A DNA stretch of 64,000 bases from Eledone cirrhosa (GCA_964016885.1 OZ024747.1:13640001-13704000), one strand, 5' to 3'. Positions 42,564-57,931 are shown, numbered from the stretch's first letter. Made by a program: numbers and translations. Notes: generated by a model not told the origin, from the letters alone.

Positions 42564-43244
42564 TTAACCCTTTTGGTTACCATGTTTCTAGTAAAAGTAA
42601 AAGTAAAAATAAAAAAGACAGCCTGTGATTTTCGAATCATTTGGAAAGTAATCAAGAATTTTAAGGGATTTAGTGTTAGAACTAACATGCTCATTAAGCT
42701 GGTCTTTCTAACATTAGCACAAGGCTGACAGTTTTTTTAGTGAGGGAAGAGAATGTTGATTATATTGATCTCAGTGCCTGACTGGTACTTTATTTTATCA
42801 ACCCCGGAAGAATGAAAATCAAATTTGACCTCAGTGAGATAAACTTTGCCTTTCATCCTTCCGAGATTGATAAAGTTAAGTAGATAAGTACTGGTCTCAA
42901 TAGGTTGACTTTCACCTTCCCCAAAATTGCTGGCCTTGTGCTAATGGTAGAAAAAATTATCAAGCTAGTGTTTGCAACATATCTTTACCAATGTTCATCA
43001 TTATCATTTTATGCCTGCCTTCCATGCTAGCATCGGTTGGATGGGTTATCTCTGTCAGAGACTAGATAGGTTGGTGAGACCTCATCTTTCTCGTATGTTC
43101 CATATTTGGCATGGTTTCTATGGTTGGATGCTCTTCATAAAACTTATATAGAATTCAGATGGAAGGTTTTTAGATAAATACAAACAGTTGAAAATAAATA
43201 GCTTAGTTATCTGTTTTAGGCAGTTTGGTTAACAAAAGGGTTAA
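42564..43244. mobile_element. Second piggyBac-type MITE with nested SINE pieces
   Basis: TTAACCCTTTTGGTTACCA ... TGGTTAACAAAAGGGTTAA termini; related ends at 35960-35992 and 40930-40975. Confidence 0.65.
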
Positions 43245-43327
43245 AGATTGCAACATCTCACTAAGCTGCAAGTTTTACAGTATATGAAATAATACATAGT
43301 AATGGCATGCAAATAGATGGGTATTGA

Positions 43328-43765
43328 TCTTCTTCTTCTTCTTCTTCTTCTTCTTCTTCTTCTTCTTCCTGAGAGGGTCATGGGAGCAACCATTTCCAAC
43401 TGATCCTGCTGGATCCCCAAGCAAGACCAGTTGAGTTCATGGATGTTATTTAGCCGTCTTGCTTGGGGTATACCCCTGGGTCTTCTGCTAGTTGGTTTTG
43501 CCCAGTGATTCCTTCCTAAGACATTCTAGCTCATAATACTGGAGCTGTGATCTCTCAATTTGGGGAAGCAGGGGCTCTACCTGTTGTGACTCTCTCATCT
43601 CTGAACTACACAATCTATTGAGTAACATTACTCCAAAGACCCTTCAGAGGAACTCCATTTCAACCACTTGTTTTTGTGTAGCCAAGATTCATGAACATAG
43701 GTAAGAGTTGGCATGAATACCAAATAGAAGATAGCAAGTTTGGATTTTACACCTACCTCCCTTCT
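43328..43765 (-). mobile_element. RTE (Expander-like) 3' fragment with (AAG)n tail
   Basis: Decayed C-terminus similar to the plus-strand fragment at 9930-10152; (CTT)n at 43328-43368. Confidence 0.65.
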
Positions 43766-45024
43766 CTTGATTGCTGCTACATTTATATGTAAAATGCACT
43801 CAGTAGAGTGCAGGATGATGCATAAAGGATTTGTGGGCTCCCGGCCTGTCTGAGCACCCAGTAAAGTGCAGGAATGTACGTAAGCAAGTTGCAGGCCCCT
43901 GAATCATCTTTGGGTTCAGTAGCTCCTCTTGAGTACCAATCCAGTTTGTTGCGAAAGTGGATATTAAATGATGATGGTGATGATGATGATAATGATATTC
44001 ACATGTGAATCCTCTTTGTTCACCTTGCCATCCTTATCTTCTTTATTGTCATCATCAACATCATCATCATCATTATTATTAGGGTGGTTCATTGGCAGAA
44101 GCAGAATTTAGTTACGGCCCTTTTATGTTCTGAGTTCAAATCCTGCTGAGGTTAGCTTTGCCTTTCATTCTTACGGGGCCGATAAAATAAAGTACCAGTA
44201 ATGCACTGGGGTTGATTTTGTCGACTTTCCCCTTCCCTTTAAATTGCTGCTTTTGTGCTAAATATAGAAACAATTACTATCAACGTTATGATCATCATTA
44301 TCATCACCATCATCACCACCATCATCACCACCATCATCATCATCTCCATCAAAATATGATGATGGTTTTGATTACCATGGTCACCATTAACTATAAATAT
44401 CATCATTCTTGCCATTTTTATTTGGATCAACATCATCATCATCATCATCATTGTCCTCATCATCATTATCATCACCATTACCATTATCATCATTACCATT
44501 ACAATCAACATCATCATCAACATCATCATCATCATATTATGACGATGATCTTGGTCACCATGGTTACAGAGGCTATTAATATCATCAGTTGTCATTTTTA
44601 TCCGGATCAACACCCTCATTATTATCATCATCATCAACATCATCACCATCAACATCATCACCATCAACATCACCAACACTATTAGCTCTATCATCATCAT
44701 CACTATCATTCATCAACATCACCATCATCGCTATCATCATCACCATCTTCGCTATCATCATCAACATCACCATTATCACTATCATCCTCACCAACATCAC
44801 CATCATCACCAACATCACCATCATCACCACCATCATCATCACCATCATCACCATCATTATCACCATCAATATTATCATCATCATCATCATCATCATTATT
44901 ATCATAATCCCAATCTGAATCTGAACTCAGTTGAAAAATAATGTTTCAATGTGGTCAATTGACCAGCTAGAAATAGTAATGAAATCTTCCTTGTTACATT
45001 CTTTACCACCTTAAAAGGTTTATT

Positions 45025-45720
45025 GGTGGAATTAGTAGTGTGTAGGGTTAAATACCTTGCAGTGATTGGTGACATCCATTTATGTTCTGAGTTGAAAACT
45101 TGCTGGAGTCAAGTTTGCATTTCATCCTTCTGGAATTGATAAAATAAATACCTGTCAAGTACAGGGTTTGATATGCTTTGTGGCATAGAGTTATATCTCT
45201 TTATGTTCTGAGTTCAAATCCCATCAAGGTTAGCTTTGTCTTTAATCCTTACGGGGGATGGGAGGGGTCGATAAAATAAAGTACCAGAAATGCAAAATTA
45301 TTAGCCTTGTGCCAAAATCAGAAACCATTGCTATTATGGCAGTGTTGGTAGAGGGTCGGACGCCATGCTTTGACGCATAGAGTTACGGCCCTTGCCATTC
45401 TGAGTTCAAATCCCACCAAGGTTAACTTTGCCTTTCATCCTTACGGGGGTCGATAAAATAAAGTACCAGTAATACACTGGGATAATTGCTGGCCTTGTGC
45501 CAAAAGTAGAACCATTATTATCATTGTTGCAGTGGATTGGTAGTATCGGTAGAAGTTCTGACACCATGCTTTGCAGCAAAGAGTTATGGCCCTTTATGGT
45601 CTGAATTCAAATCCCGCCGAGGTTAACTTTGCTTTTCATCCTTACGGGGGTCGATAAAATAAAGCACCAGTAATACACTGGGATAATTGCTGGCCTTGTG
45701 CCAAAAGTAGAAACAATTGC
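45025..45720 (+). mobile_element. Cluster of four head-to-tail SINE A copies
   Basis: Repeated GAGTTCAAATCCC..GCCTTTCATCC..GCCTTGTGCCAAAAGTAGAA units of differing divergence. Confidence 0.85.
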
Positions 45721-45885
45721 TATCATTGCTGTTGTTGGTTTTTTGTCGTTGTTGTTAGAATGTTTCCCAGTACATGTTGTCACTGGTAGTAGTACTGATC
45801 TATGAATCATTTGACATAGATCAATGAGACATTCTGGTTTTGTTCATTTTTTTTATTATCACCTTTGATTGTTTAAGCTGTGTCC

Positions 45886-48800
45886 TACACCAGATTCTAT
45901 GCTGTGTCTATGCTACACCAGATTCTATGCTATATCTATGTTACACCAGATTCTATGCTGTGTCTATGTTACACCAGATTCTATGCTATATCTATGTTAC
46001 ACCAGATTCTATGCTATATCTATGTTACACCTGATTCTATGCTATATCTATGTTACACCAGATTCTATGTTATATCTATGTTACACCAGATTCTATCCTA
46101 TATCTATGTTACACGAGATTCTATGCTATATCTATGTTACACCAGATTCTATGCTATATCTATGTTACACCAGATTCTATGCTATATCTATGTTACACCA
46201 GATTCTATGCTATATATATGCTACACCAGATTCTATGCTATATATATGCTACACCAGATTCTATGCTATATATATGCTACACCAGATTCTATGCTATATA
46301 TATGCTACACCAGATTCTATGCTATATATATGCTACACCAGATTCTATGCTATATATATGCTACACCAGATTCTATGCTATATATATGCTACACCAGATT
46401 CTATGCTATATCTATGTTACACCAGATTCTATGCTATATCTATGCTACACCAGATTCCATGCTATATCTATGCTACACCAGATTCTATGTTATATCTATG
46501 TTACACCAGATTCTATGCTATATCTATGTTACACCAGATTCTATGCTATATCTATGTTACACCAGATTCTATGCTATATCTATGTTACACCAGATTCTAT
46601 GCTATATCTATGCTACACCACATTCTATGCTATATCTATGTTACACCAGATTCTATCCTATATATATGCTACACCAGATTCTATGCTATATATATGCTAC
46701 ACCAGATTCTATGCTATATCTATGTTACACCAGATTCTATGCTATATCTATGTTACACCAGATTCTATGCTATATCTATGCTACACCACATTCTATGCTA
46801 TATCTATGTTACACCAGATTCTATCCTATATCTATTTTACACCAGATTCTATGCTATATCTATGTTACACCAGATTCTATGCTATATCTATGTTACACCA
46901 GATTCCATGCTATATCTATGTTACACCAGATTCTATGCTGTGTCTATGTTACACCAGATTCCATGCTGTGTCTATGTTACACCAGATTCCATGCTATATC
47001 TATGTTACACCAGATTCTATGCTGTGTCTATGTTACACCAGATTCCATGCTGTGTCTATGTTACACCAGATTCTATGCTATATCTATGCTACACCACATT
47101 CTATGCTATATCTATGTTACACCAGATTCTATCCTATATCTATGTTACACCAGATTCTATCCTATATCTATGTTACACCAGATTCTATGCTATATCTATG
47201 TTACACCAGATTCCATGCTATATCTATGTTACACCAGATTCTATGCTATATCTATGTTACACCAGATTCTATGCTATATCTATGCTACACCACATTCTAT
47301 GCTATATCTATGTTACACCAGATTCTATCCTATATCTATGTTACACCAGATTCTATGCTATATCTATGTTACACCAGATTCTATGCTATATCTATGTTAC
47401 ACCAGATTCCATGCTATATCTATGTTACACCAGATTCTATGCTGTGTCTATGTTACACCAGATTCCATGCTGTGTCTATGTTACACCAGATTCCATGCTA
47501 TATCTATGTTACACCAGATTCTATGCTGTGTCTATGTTACACCAGATTCCATGCTGTGTCTTTGTTACACCAGATTCTATGCTATATCTATGCTACACCA
47601 CATTCTATGCTATATCTATGTTACACCAGATTCTATCCTATATCTATGTTACACCAGATTCTATCCTATATCTATGTTACACCAGATTCTATGCTATATC
47701 TATGTTACACCAGATTCCATGCTATATCTATGTTACACCAGATTCTATGCTGTGTCTATGTTACACCAGATTCCATGCTGTGTCTATGTTACACCAGATT
47801 CCATGCTATATCTATGCTACACCAGATTCTATGCTGTGTCTATGTTACACCAGATTCTATGCTATATCTATGTTACACCAGATTCTATGCTATATCTATG
47901 TTACACCAGATTCTATGCTATATATATGCTACGCCGGATTCTATGCTATATCTATGCTACACCAGATTCTATGCTGTGTCTATGTTACACCAGATCTATG
48001 CTATATCTATATTACACCAGATTCTATGCTGTGTCTATGTTACACCAGATTCTATGCTATATCTATGCTACACCAGATTCTATGCTATATCTATGTTACA
48101 CCAGATTCTATGCTATATCTATGTTACACCAGATTCTATGCTATATCTATGTTACACCAGATTCTATGCTATATCTATGTTACACCAGATTCTATGCTAT
48201 ATCTATGTTACACCAGATTCTATGCTATATCTATGTTACTCCAGATTCTATGCTGTGTCTATGTTTCACCAGATTCTATGCTATATCTATGCTACACCAG
48301 ATTCTATGCTATATCTATGCTACACCAGATTCTATGCTATATCTATGTTACACCAGATTCTAAGCTATATCTATGTTACACCAGATTCTATGCTATATCT
48401 ATGTTACACCAGATTCTAAGCTGTGTCTATGTTACACCAGATTCTATGCTATATCTATGTTACACCAGATTCTATGCTATATCAATGCTACACCAGATTC
48501 TAAGCTATATCTATGCTACACCAGATTCTATACTATATCTATGTTACACCAGATTCTAAGCTATATCTATGCTACACCAGATTCTATACTATATCTATGT
48601 TACACTAGATTCTATGCTATATCTATGCTACACCAGATTCTATGCTATATCTATGCTACACCAGATTCTATGCTATATCTATGTTACACCAGATTCTATG
48701 CTATATCTATGTTACACCAGATTCTATGCTATATCTATGTTACACCAGATTCTATGCTATATCTATGCTACACCAGATTCTAAGCTATATCTATGCTACA

Positions 48801-51800
48801 CCAGATTCTATACTATATCTATGTTACACCAGATTCTATGCTATATCTATGTTACACCAGATTCTAAGCTATATCTATGTTACACCAGATTCTATGCTAT
48901 TTCTATGTTACACCAGATTCTATGCTGTGTCTATGTTACACCACATTCTATGCTATATCTATGCTACACCAGATTCTAAGCTATGTCTATGATACACCTG
49001 ATTCTAAGCTATGTCTTTGTTACACCAGATTCTATGCTATATCTATGTTACACCAGATTCTATGCTATATCTATGTTACACCAGATTCTATGCTATATCT
49101 ATGTTACACCAGATTCTATGCTATATCTATGTTACACCAGATTCTATGCTATGTCTATGTTACACCAGATTCTATGCTATATCTATGTTACACCAGATTC
49201 TATGCTATATCTATGTTACACCAGATTCTATGCTATATCTATGTTACACCAGATTCTATGCTATATCTATGTTACACCAGATTCTATCCTATATCTATGT
49301 TACACCAGATTCTATGCTATATCTATGTTACACCAGATTCTATGCTATATCTATGTTACACCAGATTCCATGCTGTATCTATGTTACACCAGATTCTATG
49401 TTGTGTCTATGTTACACCAGATTCCATGCTGTGTCTATGTTACACCAGATTCCATGCTATATCTATGTTACACCAGATTCTATGCTGTGTCTATGTTACA
49501 CCAGATTCCATGCTGTGTCTTTGTTACACCAGATTCTATGCTATATCTATGCTACACCATATTCTATGCTATATCTATGTTACACCAGATTCTATCCTAT
49601 ATCTATGTTACACCAGATTCTATGCTATATCTATGTTACACCAGATTCCATGCTATATCTATGTTACACCAGATTCTATGCTGTGTCTATGTTACACCAG
49701 ATTCCATGCTGTGTCTATGTTACACCAGATTCCATGCTATATCTATGCTACACCAGATTCTATGCTGTGTCTATGTTACACCAGATTCTATGCTATATCT
49801 ATGTTACACCAGATTCTATGCTATATCTATGTTACACCAGATTCTATGCTATATATATGCTACACCAGATTCTATGCTATATCTATGCTACACCAGATTC
49901 TATGCTGTGTCTATGTTACACCAGATCTATGCTATATCTATGTTACACCAGATTCTATGCTGTGTCTATGTTACACCAGATTCTATGCTATATCTATGCT
50001 ACACCAGATTCTATGCTATATCTATGTTACACCAGATTCTATGCTATATCTATGTTACACCAGATTCTATGCTATATCTATGTTACACCAGATTCTATGC
50101 TATATCTATGTTACACCAGATTCTATGCTATATCTATGTTACACCAGATTCTATGCTATATCTATGTTACTCCAGATTCTATGCTGTGTCTATGTTTCAC
50201 CAGATTCTATGCTATATCTATGCTACACCAGATTCTATGCTATATCTATGCTACACCAGATTCTATGCTATATCTATGTTACACCAGATTCTAAGCTATA
50301 TCTATGTTACACCAGATTCTATGCTATATCTATGTTACACCAGATTCTAAGCTGTGTCTATGTTACACCAGATTCTATGCTATATCTATGTTACACCAGA
50401 TTCTATGCTATATCTATGCTACACCAGATTCTATGCTATATCTATGTTACACCAGATTCTAAGCTATATCTATGCTACACCAGATTCTATGCTATATCTA
50501 TGTTACACCAGATTCTAAGCTATATCTATGCTACACCAGATTCTATACTATATCTATGTTACACTAGATTCTATGCTATATCTATGCTACACCAGATTCT
50601 ATGCTATATCTATGCTACACCACATTCTATGCTATATCTATGTTACACCAGATTCTATGCTATATCTATGTTACACCAGATTCTATGCTATATCTATGTT
50701 ACACCAGATTCTAAGCTATATCTATGCTACACCAGATTCTATGCTATATCTATGTTACACCAGATTCTAAGCTATATCTATGTTACACCAGATTCTATGC
50801 TATTTCTATGTTACACCAGATTCTATGCTGTGTCTATGTTACACCAGATTCTATGCTATATCTATGCTACACCAGATTCTAAGCTATGTCTATGATACAC
50901 CTGATTCTAAGCTATGTCTTTGTTACACCAGATTCTATGCTATATCTATGTTACACCAGATTCTATGCTATATCTATGTTACACCAGATTCTATGCTATA
51001 TCTATGTTACACCAGATTCTATGCTATATCTATGTTACACCAGATTCTATGCTATGTCTATGTTACACCAGATTCTATGCTATATCTATGTTACACCAGA
51101 TTCTATGCTATATCTATGTTACACCAGATTCTATGCTATATCTATGTTACACCAGATTCTATGCTATATCTATGCTACACCAGATTCTATGCTGTGTCTA
51201 TGTTACACCAGATTCTAAGCTATATCTATGCTACACCAGATTCTATGCTGTGTCTATGTTACACCAGATTCTATGCTATATCTATGTTACAACAGATTCT
51301 ATGCTATATCTATGTTACACCAGATTCTATGCTATATCTATGTTACACCAGATTCTATTCTATATCTATGTTACACCAGATTCTATGCTATATCTATGCT
51401 ACACCAGATTCTAAGTTATGTCTATGTTACACCAGATTCTATGCTATATCTATGTTACACCTGATTTTATGCTGTGTCTTTGTTACACCAGATTCTATGC
51501 TGTGTCTATGTTACACCTGATTCTATGCTGTGTCTTTGTTACACCAGATTCTATGCTGTGTCTATGTTACACCAGATTCTAAGCTATATATATGCTACAC
51601 CAGATTCTATGCTATATCTATGTTACACCAGATTCTATGCTATATCTATGTTACACCAGATTCTATGCTATATCTATGTTACACCAGATTCTATGCTGTG
51701 TCTATGTTACACCAGATTCTAAGCTATATATATGCTACACCAGATTCTAAGCTATATATATGCTACACCAGATTCTATGCTATATCTATGTTACACCAGA

Positions 51801-52089
51801 TTCTATGCTATATCTATGTTACACCAGATTCTATGCTATATCTATGTTACACCAGATTCTATGCTGTGTCTATGTTACACCAGATTCTAAGCTATATATA
51901 CGTTACACCAGATTCTAAGCTATATATATGCTACACCAGATTCTATGCTATATCTATGTTACACCAGATTCTATGCTATATCTATGTTACACCAGATTCT
52001 ATGCTATATCTATGCTACACCAGATTCTATGCTATATCTATGTTACACCAGATTCTATGCTATATCTATGCTACACCAGATTCTAAGCT
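45886..52089. repeat. 28-bp tandem satellite, about 220 units
   Basis: Unit TACACCAGATTCTATGCTATATCTATGT with variants; the source of the 400-900-aa ORFs in all three plus frames. Confidence 0.97.
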
Positions 52090-53290
52090 GGTCAAGTGAT
52101 CTGTATAAATCATTTGTTACAGACCCCAGTGTGGCAACTACGATAGAGATGATTCTCACATTTTTGTTCCACATTGTAGATAGTTCTAGGCAATGTTAAC
52201 AATAGTTTCCTAACTTTTAGAATCCGTTCTGTTCCAAATTATCGTCATCAGGATATGCTATCTCTATTATCATACACTGTCAATATCTTTCTCTAACATA
52301 ACTATATCTGCCATTCTCTGATCTATCACTCTGTCAACTCGTTTATGAAACCCCACAGTATTTTTACTTGTTCATTCTCCAGCATAGATGCTGGTCGATG
52401 CTGATATCATTTCTTTGATACTTGAATTCAATATTTTCTGCTCAATTGCCAGTGCAAAGTGAGACAAACTTTGATATGACGCCTTTTATATTTTTTCTGC
52501 GCTAACAAAGGACATCCACTTATGATGTGCAATGCATTTTCCATGCATGAATTGCATATCCTGCATGTGTTTGAAACAGCCATTCTATATTAAAAAAAAA
52601 CACTTCCTTTTGAATTTGTGTTAAATGCCTGTTTTTGTACCACAATGATCAGACTTCAATTTTACATATCTAACTGCCATTTCTCAACCAATTCCATGAT
52701 TCATCCATCTTTTTGTCTATGGTATCCTTTTCAAACTGTCCATGTGACTCCATATTTATAAAAAAAATTATTTCCATTCTGCTGTTACCCTTTTCTTGTA
52801 TTCTTCATTCCCTTCAATACCATCTGTGTTAATACCACCCTCTTTTGCAATTGCTTGCAATAAAACTTTATGACTATTTGCCAAGTAGTGATGCAAGGTC
52901 CTCAATTCTCTTGCAATGCAGTCTTCAATTCCAAACAGTTCTCTGCTTCCTTCACTTCTTTTCAACTACATTTGTTAGACAAATGAGTTTTCTAGTCAAC
53001 CTGTCTCTTCTTCTGTCCATCTTATAAATACAGCACTGTATCAGAACACAGCCACTGCTCATGAATAAAATAGGTTCCCATTGTTCAGTTTACTGTTCAG
53101 CAGCATTGTCAATCTCTTCAGGGATACCTTTCTTACTTTCATTTTTCATTTCTATGGACAATATTGTGTAAAGCTCCAAAACACTAAACTATATAAACCC
53201 ATTATTATTTTATATCCTCAATATCTTCATCATTCAGCAATCTTCTTTTTCATTGTCAAACAACCAAACTACAATCCAATATCTACCCTG
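52088..53290 (-). mobile_element. R4/Dong-like element 3' half (zinc knuckle and RLE region), decayed
   Basis: EGSRELFGIEDC, HGQF..SWNWL, CRICNSCMENALHIISGCPLLAQKKYKRRHIKV..LHWQL, MWNKNVRIISIVVATLG. Confidence 0.8.
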
Positions 53291-53585
53291 CACTAGTAAA
53301 CAGTTTTACCTGGGAATCTTCCTGGGGGCCCTTGAAGCATTGGGTGGTTCAGGATTGGTAGGGTACCTGAGTTACCTCAGTGTAGTTATCCCCCCCTATT
53401 GGGGCACTCTGTTGCTTGTATTTTATTGTTATTTTGTTATTGTTATTTATATTTTTTACACGTTTTATATGTAAACCCCCACTGTCCCTGTCTATTGTAT
53501 TGTCCCCTATATGTAGGCCCTTGTGGTCAATAAAGAAATAATTGTTTCTACTTTTAGCACAAGGCCAGCAATTATCCCAGTGCAT

Positions 53586-53977
53586 ATAGAGAAGAAGTTG
53601 GACGCATTCGATTCTGGATGTCTGCGAAAGATCCTGGGGATTAAATGGAGTGACCATGTAACAAACCAGTAAGTCAGGAACCGCACCAACTAGCAGCTAG
53701 TCTCTTCTACCATCTGCAAGCGACACCTGGGCTGGTTTGGACACGCTTTGAGACTTCCCCCGGAGAGACTGGCGAACCAAGTACTTAAATGGAGCCCGCA
53801 GCGAAGCAGACGGAGAGGGCGACCCAAAATGAACTGGCGCCAGACAGTTGAGAGGGACCTGCGAGCGACAAACAGTCAATGGCGGGGCGCTGTGCAACTG
53901 GCTGCTGACTGAACGCGGTGGAACACTATGATTGCCTCATGCATCGCAAGACGTGGGAGCTTCTGAGTCTGAGTCTG
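53586..53977 (+). mobile_element. RTE-like LINE 3' end with (CTGAGT)n tail, nested in a SINE
   Basis: KKLDAFDSGCLRKILGIKWSDHVTN..WFGHALR..RRRGRPKMNWRQTVERDL; interrupts the SINE motif CCCAGTGCAT|TACTGG. Confidence 0.85.
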
Positions 53978-55740
53978 ATTACTGGTACTTAATTTTATCG
54001 ACCCCGTAAGGATGAAAGGCAAAGTTAACCTTGGCGAGATTTGAACTCAAACCATAAAGGGCCGTAACTCTATGCTCCAAAGCATGTTGTTCGATGCTCT
54101 ACCGATACAAATAATAATAATTATTATTATTTGGATTGGCAGTATCGGTAGAGGGTCGGACGCCATGCTTTGCAACATAGTTACGTCCCTTTACGATCTG
54201 AGTTCAAATTCCGCCGAGGTTGACTTTGCCTTTCATCCTTACGGGGTCGATAAAATAAAGTACCAGTAATGAACTGGGTAATTGCTGGCCTTGTGCCTAA
54301 AGTAGAAACAATTATTATCATTATTATTATTACTATTACTTTTGTCACACTCTGTTTTTGTTTTTTTTACATGCAGAAATGCCCATTTGTATTGTCCTGT
54401 GTTGTCCTTAATGTCTACTTTATGTCAACCCTTGTGGTTATTAAAGAAAGCATTATTATTACTATTATTATTATTATTACGATCTGAGTTCGAGGTTAAC
54501 TTTGCCTTTCATCCTTACGGGGTTGATAAAATAAAGCACCTGTAATGTACCGGGGTCGATTTAATCGAATTTCCCTCCCCCAAAATTGCTGGCCTTGTGC
54601 CTATAGTAGAAATAATGATAATAATAATAATTATTGTTGTTGTTGTGGGTGTTATCACTATGCTTTGTTTGTAAAAAAATCAATACTCTATTTGGTTTTC
54701 ATAAGCTTCTCCAATAAAAGTTGGATCTTTTATCATTATAAAATATTTAAGACATTCTCGAAGAAAAGAGGGTTTAAAAAAAACTGCCAGTATCTCTCAA
54801 AATTAGGGAAGACACTAATATTTTTATCTGCAGTCAATAGACAAATATTTTTATTTAAAAGGTCAACAAGTTTCGACATTTAATGAGGTAGGTAATCATA
54901 ACTTCCAGAGTAATGGTAATGTTAAAGATGTTTGTCTGTATAGGAAATGTTGCTTGTCAAAGCTAAAACATATGATTCTGTCTGAAGATTTATTTTGAGA
55001 AATATATTTCTTTCTAACAATGGTACAAGGCCAGCAATTTGGGAAAAGGGGAGAATCGATAATATCAACCCCAGTACTTTATTGGTACTTTATTTTCTTG
55101 ACCCTGGAAGCATGAAAAGTGAGGTTGACCTCAGTTGGATTTGAACTCCGATACACAGTAACTGTGTAGCAGTCCATTGGATAGATTGTACCTGTACTTC
55201 TAAGAAAGAACCTTATCACACTATCTTACTCTGATTCTACCTCTCTATTACTTTAACCCGTTAACCCTGGCTGTATCCGGTTAAAACTCTGTCACCTCTT
55301 TCTGTTCAACCAGCAGTAACATTAATGTGTTGTTTTCGAAATAAATAACATAAAAATTTTGTAGATTCAATACTATGTGAGATAATTATGTAAGATAAAG
55401 CTTTTACTCTGAAAATACAATAGTAAATATAGATTAATGTAAATGCTAAAAGGTTAAGGGTACAATATCTGAGGTATACTCAGCTAGTTACTCTATAATT
55501 CAATAAGTAGGTAACTCAGTTGATGCAACAACTGGAAATACTCATCGTTGCAATTGACGGAGCATCAAGTTACTTTTTTCTTGTATATATAATTACATAT
55601 ATATATATATGTGAGTGTGTGTGTGTTTGTGTATATTTGTTTGAGTGTGAGTGTGTGTTTGTGTATGTATGTGTGTGTGTGTGCATGTGTCTGTGTGTGT
55701 GCATGTGAATAAATGTAATTATAACTAATATTATATATAC

Positions 55741-56891
55741 AGAGGTACTGTCAGTAAAGTCAGGGTAGGAATGGAGTTTAGTGAGGAATTCCAGATACAA
55801 GTAGTACATCAAGGTTCGGTCAACAGCCCGCTCTTGTTCATTATAGTCCTCCAAGCCATAACAGAGGAGTTTAAGACTGACTATCCATGGGAACTTCTCT
55901 ATGCTGACGATCTGGTTCTTATAGCAGAATCAGTAGAGGAGCTAGAGAATAAATTCTGGCTATGGAAACAGCAGTTGGAAGCAAGCGGACTGAGAGTGAA
56001 CATAGCTAAGACAGAAGTGTTGATGAGTAGAAAAGAGGACAAAACTCTGATTCCGTCAGGCAAATGGCCATGTTCAATATGCAGAAAAGGAACTGGCATA
56101 AATTCTATAAAATGCACGCAATGCAGATCCTGGGTACACAAGAGATGTAGTGCGATAGCAGGCAAACTAACAGGTAGGGAGAAATATGTATGCAGTAGAT
56201 GTACAGGGAAATTAGACAGTAGAAGTCGCATTGATATACAGATTTTTCAAATGCAGGAGGGTGCTATAGAAGTGGTGGATAGCTTCCGGTACCTAGGAGA
56301 TCAGATCAGCATGGGAGGGGGGTTTCTGAGGCCATAGTATCTAGAATAAGGACGGGTTGGAAGAAGTTTAGGGAGCTGCTTCCTCTGCTGACAAAGAAGG
56401 GTTTCTCCCTGCATACGAAAGGGCCGGTTATATGATGCCTGTGTGAGGAGCATGATGCTGCATGGTTAGTGAGACATGGGCAGCAACTGCAGAGGATATG
56501 CGACGGCTGGAGAGAAATGAGGTAAGCATGCTCCGTTGGATGTGCAGTGTAAATGTGCATGAACGACCCAGCATGAATGTGTTGAAAGAGAAACTGAGAG
56601 GGATAGAATGTAGTGTACGGGAGAGGAGACTGAGGTGGTATGGACATGTGATGCGCATGGAGGATGACCGATGGGTGAAGAAGTGCCAGGAAATGCCAGT
56701 TGAAAGAAGACGTGGTAGAGGTAGACCACGAAAAACATGGGCGGAGGTGGTGAGAACAGACCTCAGATCGTTGAAGCTCACGGTGGAGATGACGAAGGAC
56801 TGTGATGAGTGGAGAGATGCTGTGCTGAATAAGACCAGTCCCACCCTTGCAGCAGGGAGGAGCGGATGTAAAATGATGATGATGATGATGA
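55741..56891 (+). mobile_element. RTE-clade LINE, 5'-truncated, frameshifted
   Basis: [47 protein letters not shown]; short 3' UTR and (ATG)n tail. Confidence 0.92.
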
Positions 56892-57885
56892 TATGTGTGT
56901 GCGAGTGTGTGTGTTTGCGTGTGAGTGTGTGTCTGCATGTGAATAAATGTTATTATAACTAATATTAACTATCGATATATATTTGTGCGAGTGTGTGTGT
57001 TTGCGTGTATGTGTGTTTGTGTGTTTGTGTGTTTGTGTATATGTGTGTGTGTTTGTGTATGTGTGTGTCTGTGTGTGTGTGTGCACATGAATAAATGTAA
57101 TTATAACTAATATTAGCTATCAATTGCACACATCAATGATTCATACACCAAAACAATAAAAGTATATATAATAAAAATATATATAATAAAAGTATATATA
57201 ATTGTTTCTACTTTTGGTACAAGGCCAGCAATTACCCAGTACATTACTGGTACTTTATTTTATCGACCCCGTAAGGATGAAAGGCAAAGTTAACCTTGGC
57301 GGGGATTTGAACTCAGATCGTAAAGGGACGTAACTATGCTGGAAAGCATGTCCGACCCTCCACCAATACTACCAATTCACCGCCCTAAAAGTATATATAA
57401 TAAAAGTATATATAATAAAAGTATATATAATAAAAGTATATATAATGAGCCAATTTTTTAAGCTGATATGTTATGTAGGAACAAACCTCCAATTTTCAAT
57501 CAAAATGTTTGAATAAACATATAATTATTTCTCAGAATTAGTCTTTTTTTTCTCTCTTTTAATATATCTTGCTGATAGAATTTTAAATTCTAAATTGTCA
57601 TTTGCTGCCATTAGCACTAACATTTTCAAGAAAACTTCATTATTTCCATTGAAAGATACCATTAGTTCTTATATATCCAAAAGTGTCTTGGGTATTTTCC
57701 ATTTTATTACATGCTTTAACATAGTCTTGCCTGAGAAATCAATATTCTATTCATGTTCTTCGTGTGTAGAGAATTAAATGTACACAGCAGATTTACAACA
57801 TAACTGTAGTTTAACAAAACATAATTTTAATTGTCATAGCTCTTATTTAGCCTCTCTTAAATAAGCCCACTGTAATAAATGTATA

Positions 57886-57931
<46 letters not shown>

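Noticed and set aside
41824-42567. Asn-rich 247-aa ORF with a unique C-terminal part
   Set aside because: Mostly (AAC)n; the unique tail has no recognisable motif or convincing splice sites.
45869-52099. Long ORFs (up to 896 aa) and a possible CRISPR-like array
   Set aside because: Head-to-tail 28-bp satellite with no unique spacers and no cas genes. The ORFs exist only because the unit lacks plus-strand stops, and all three frames give the same peptide.
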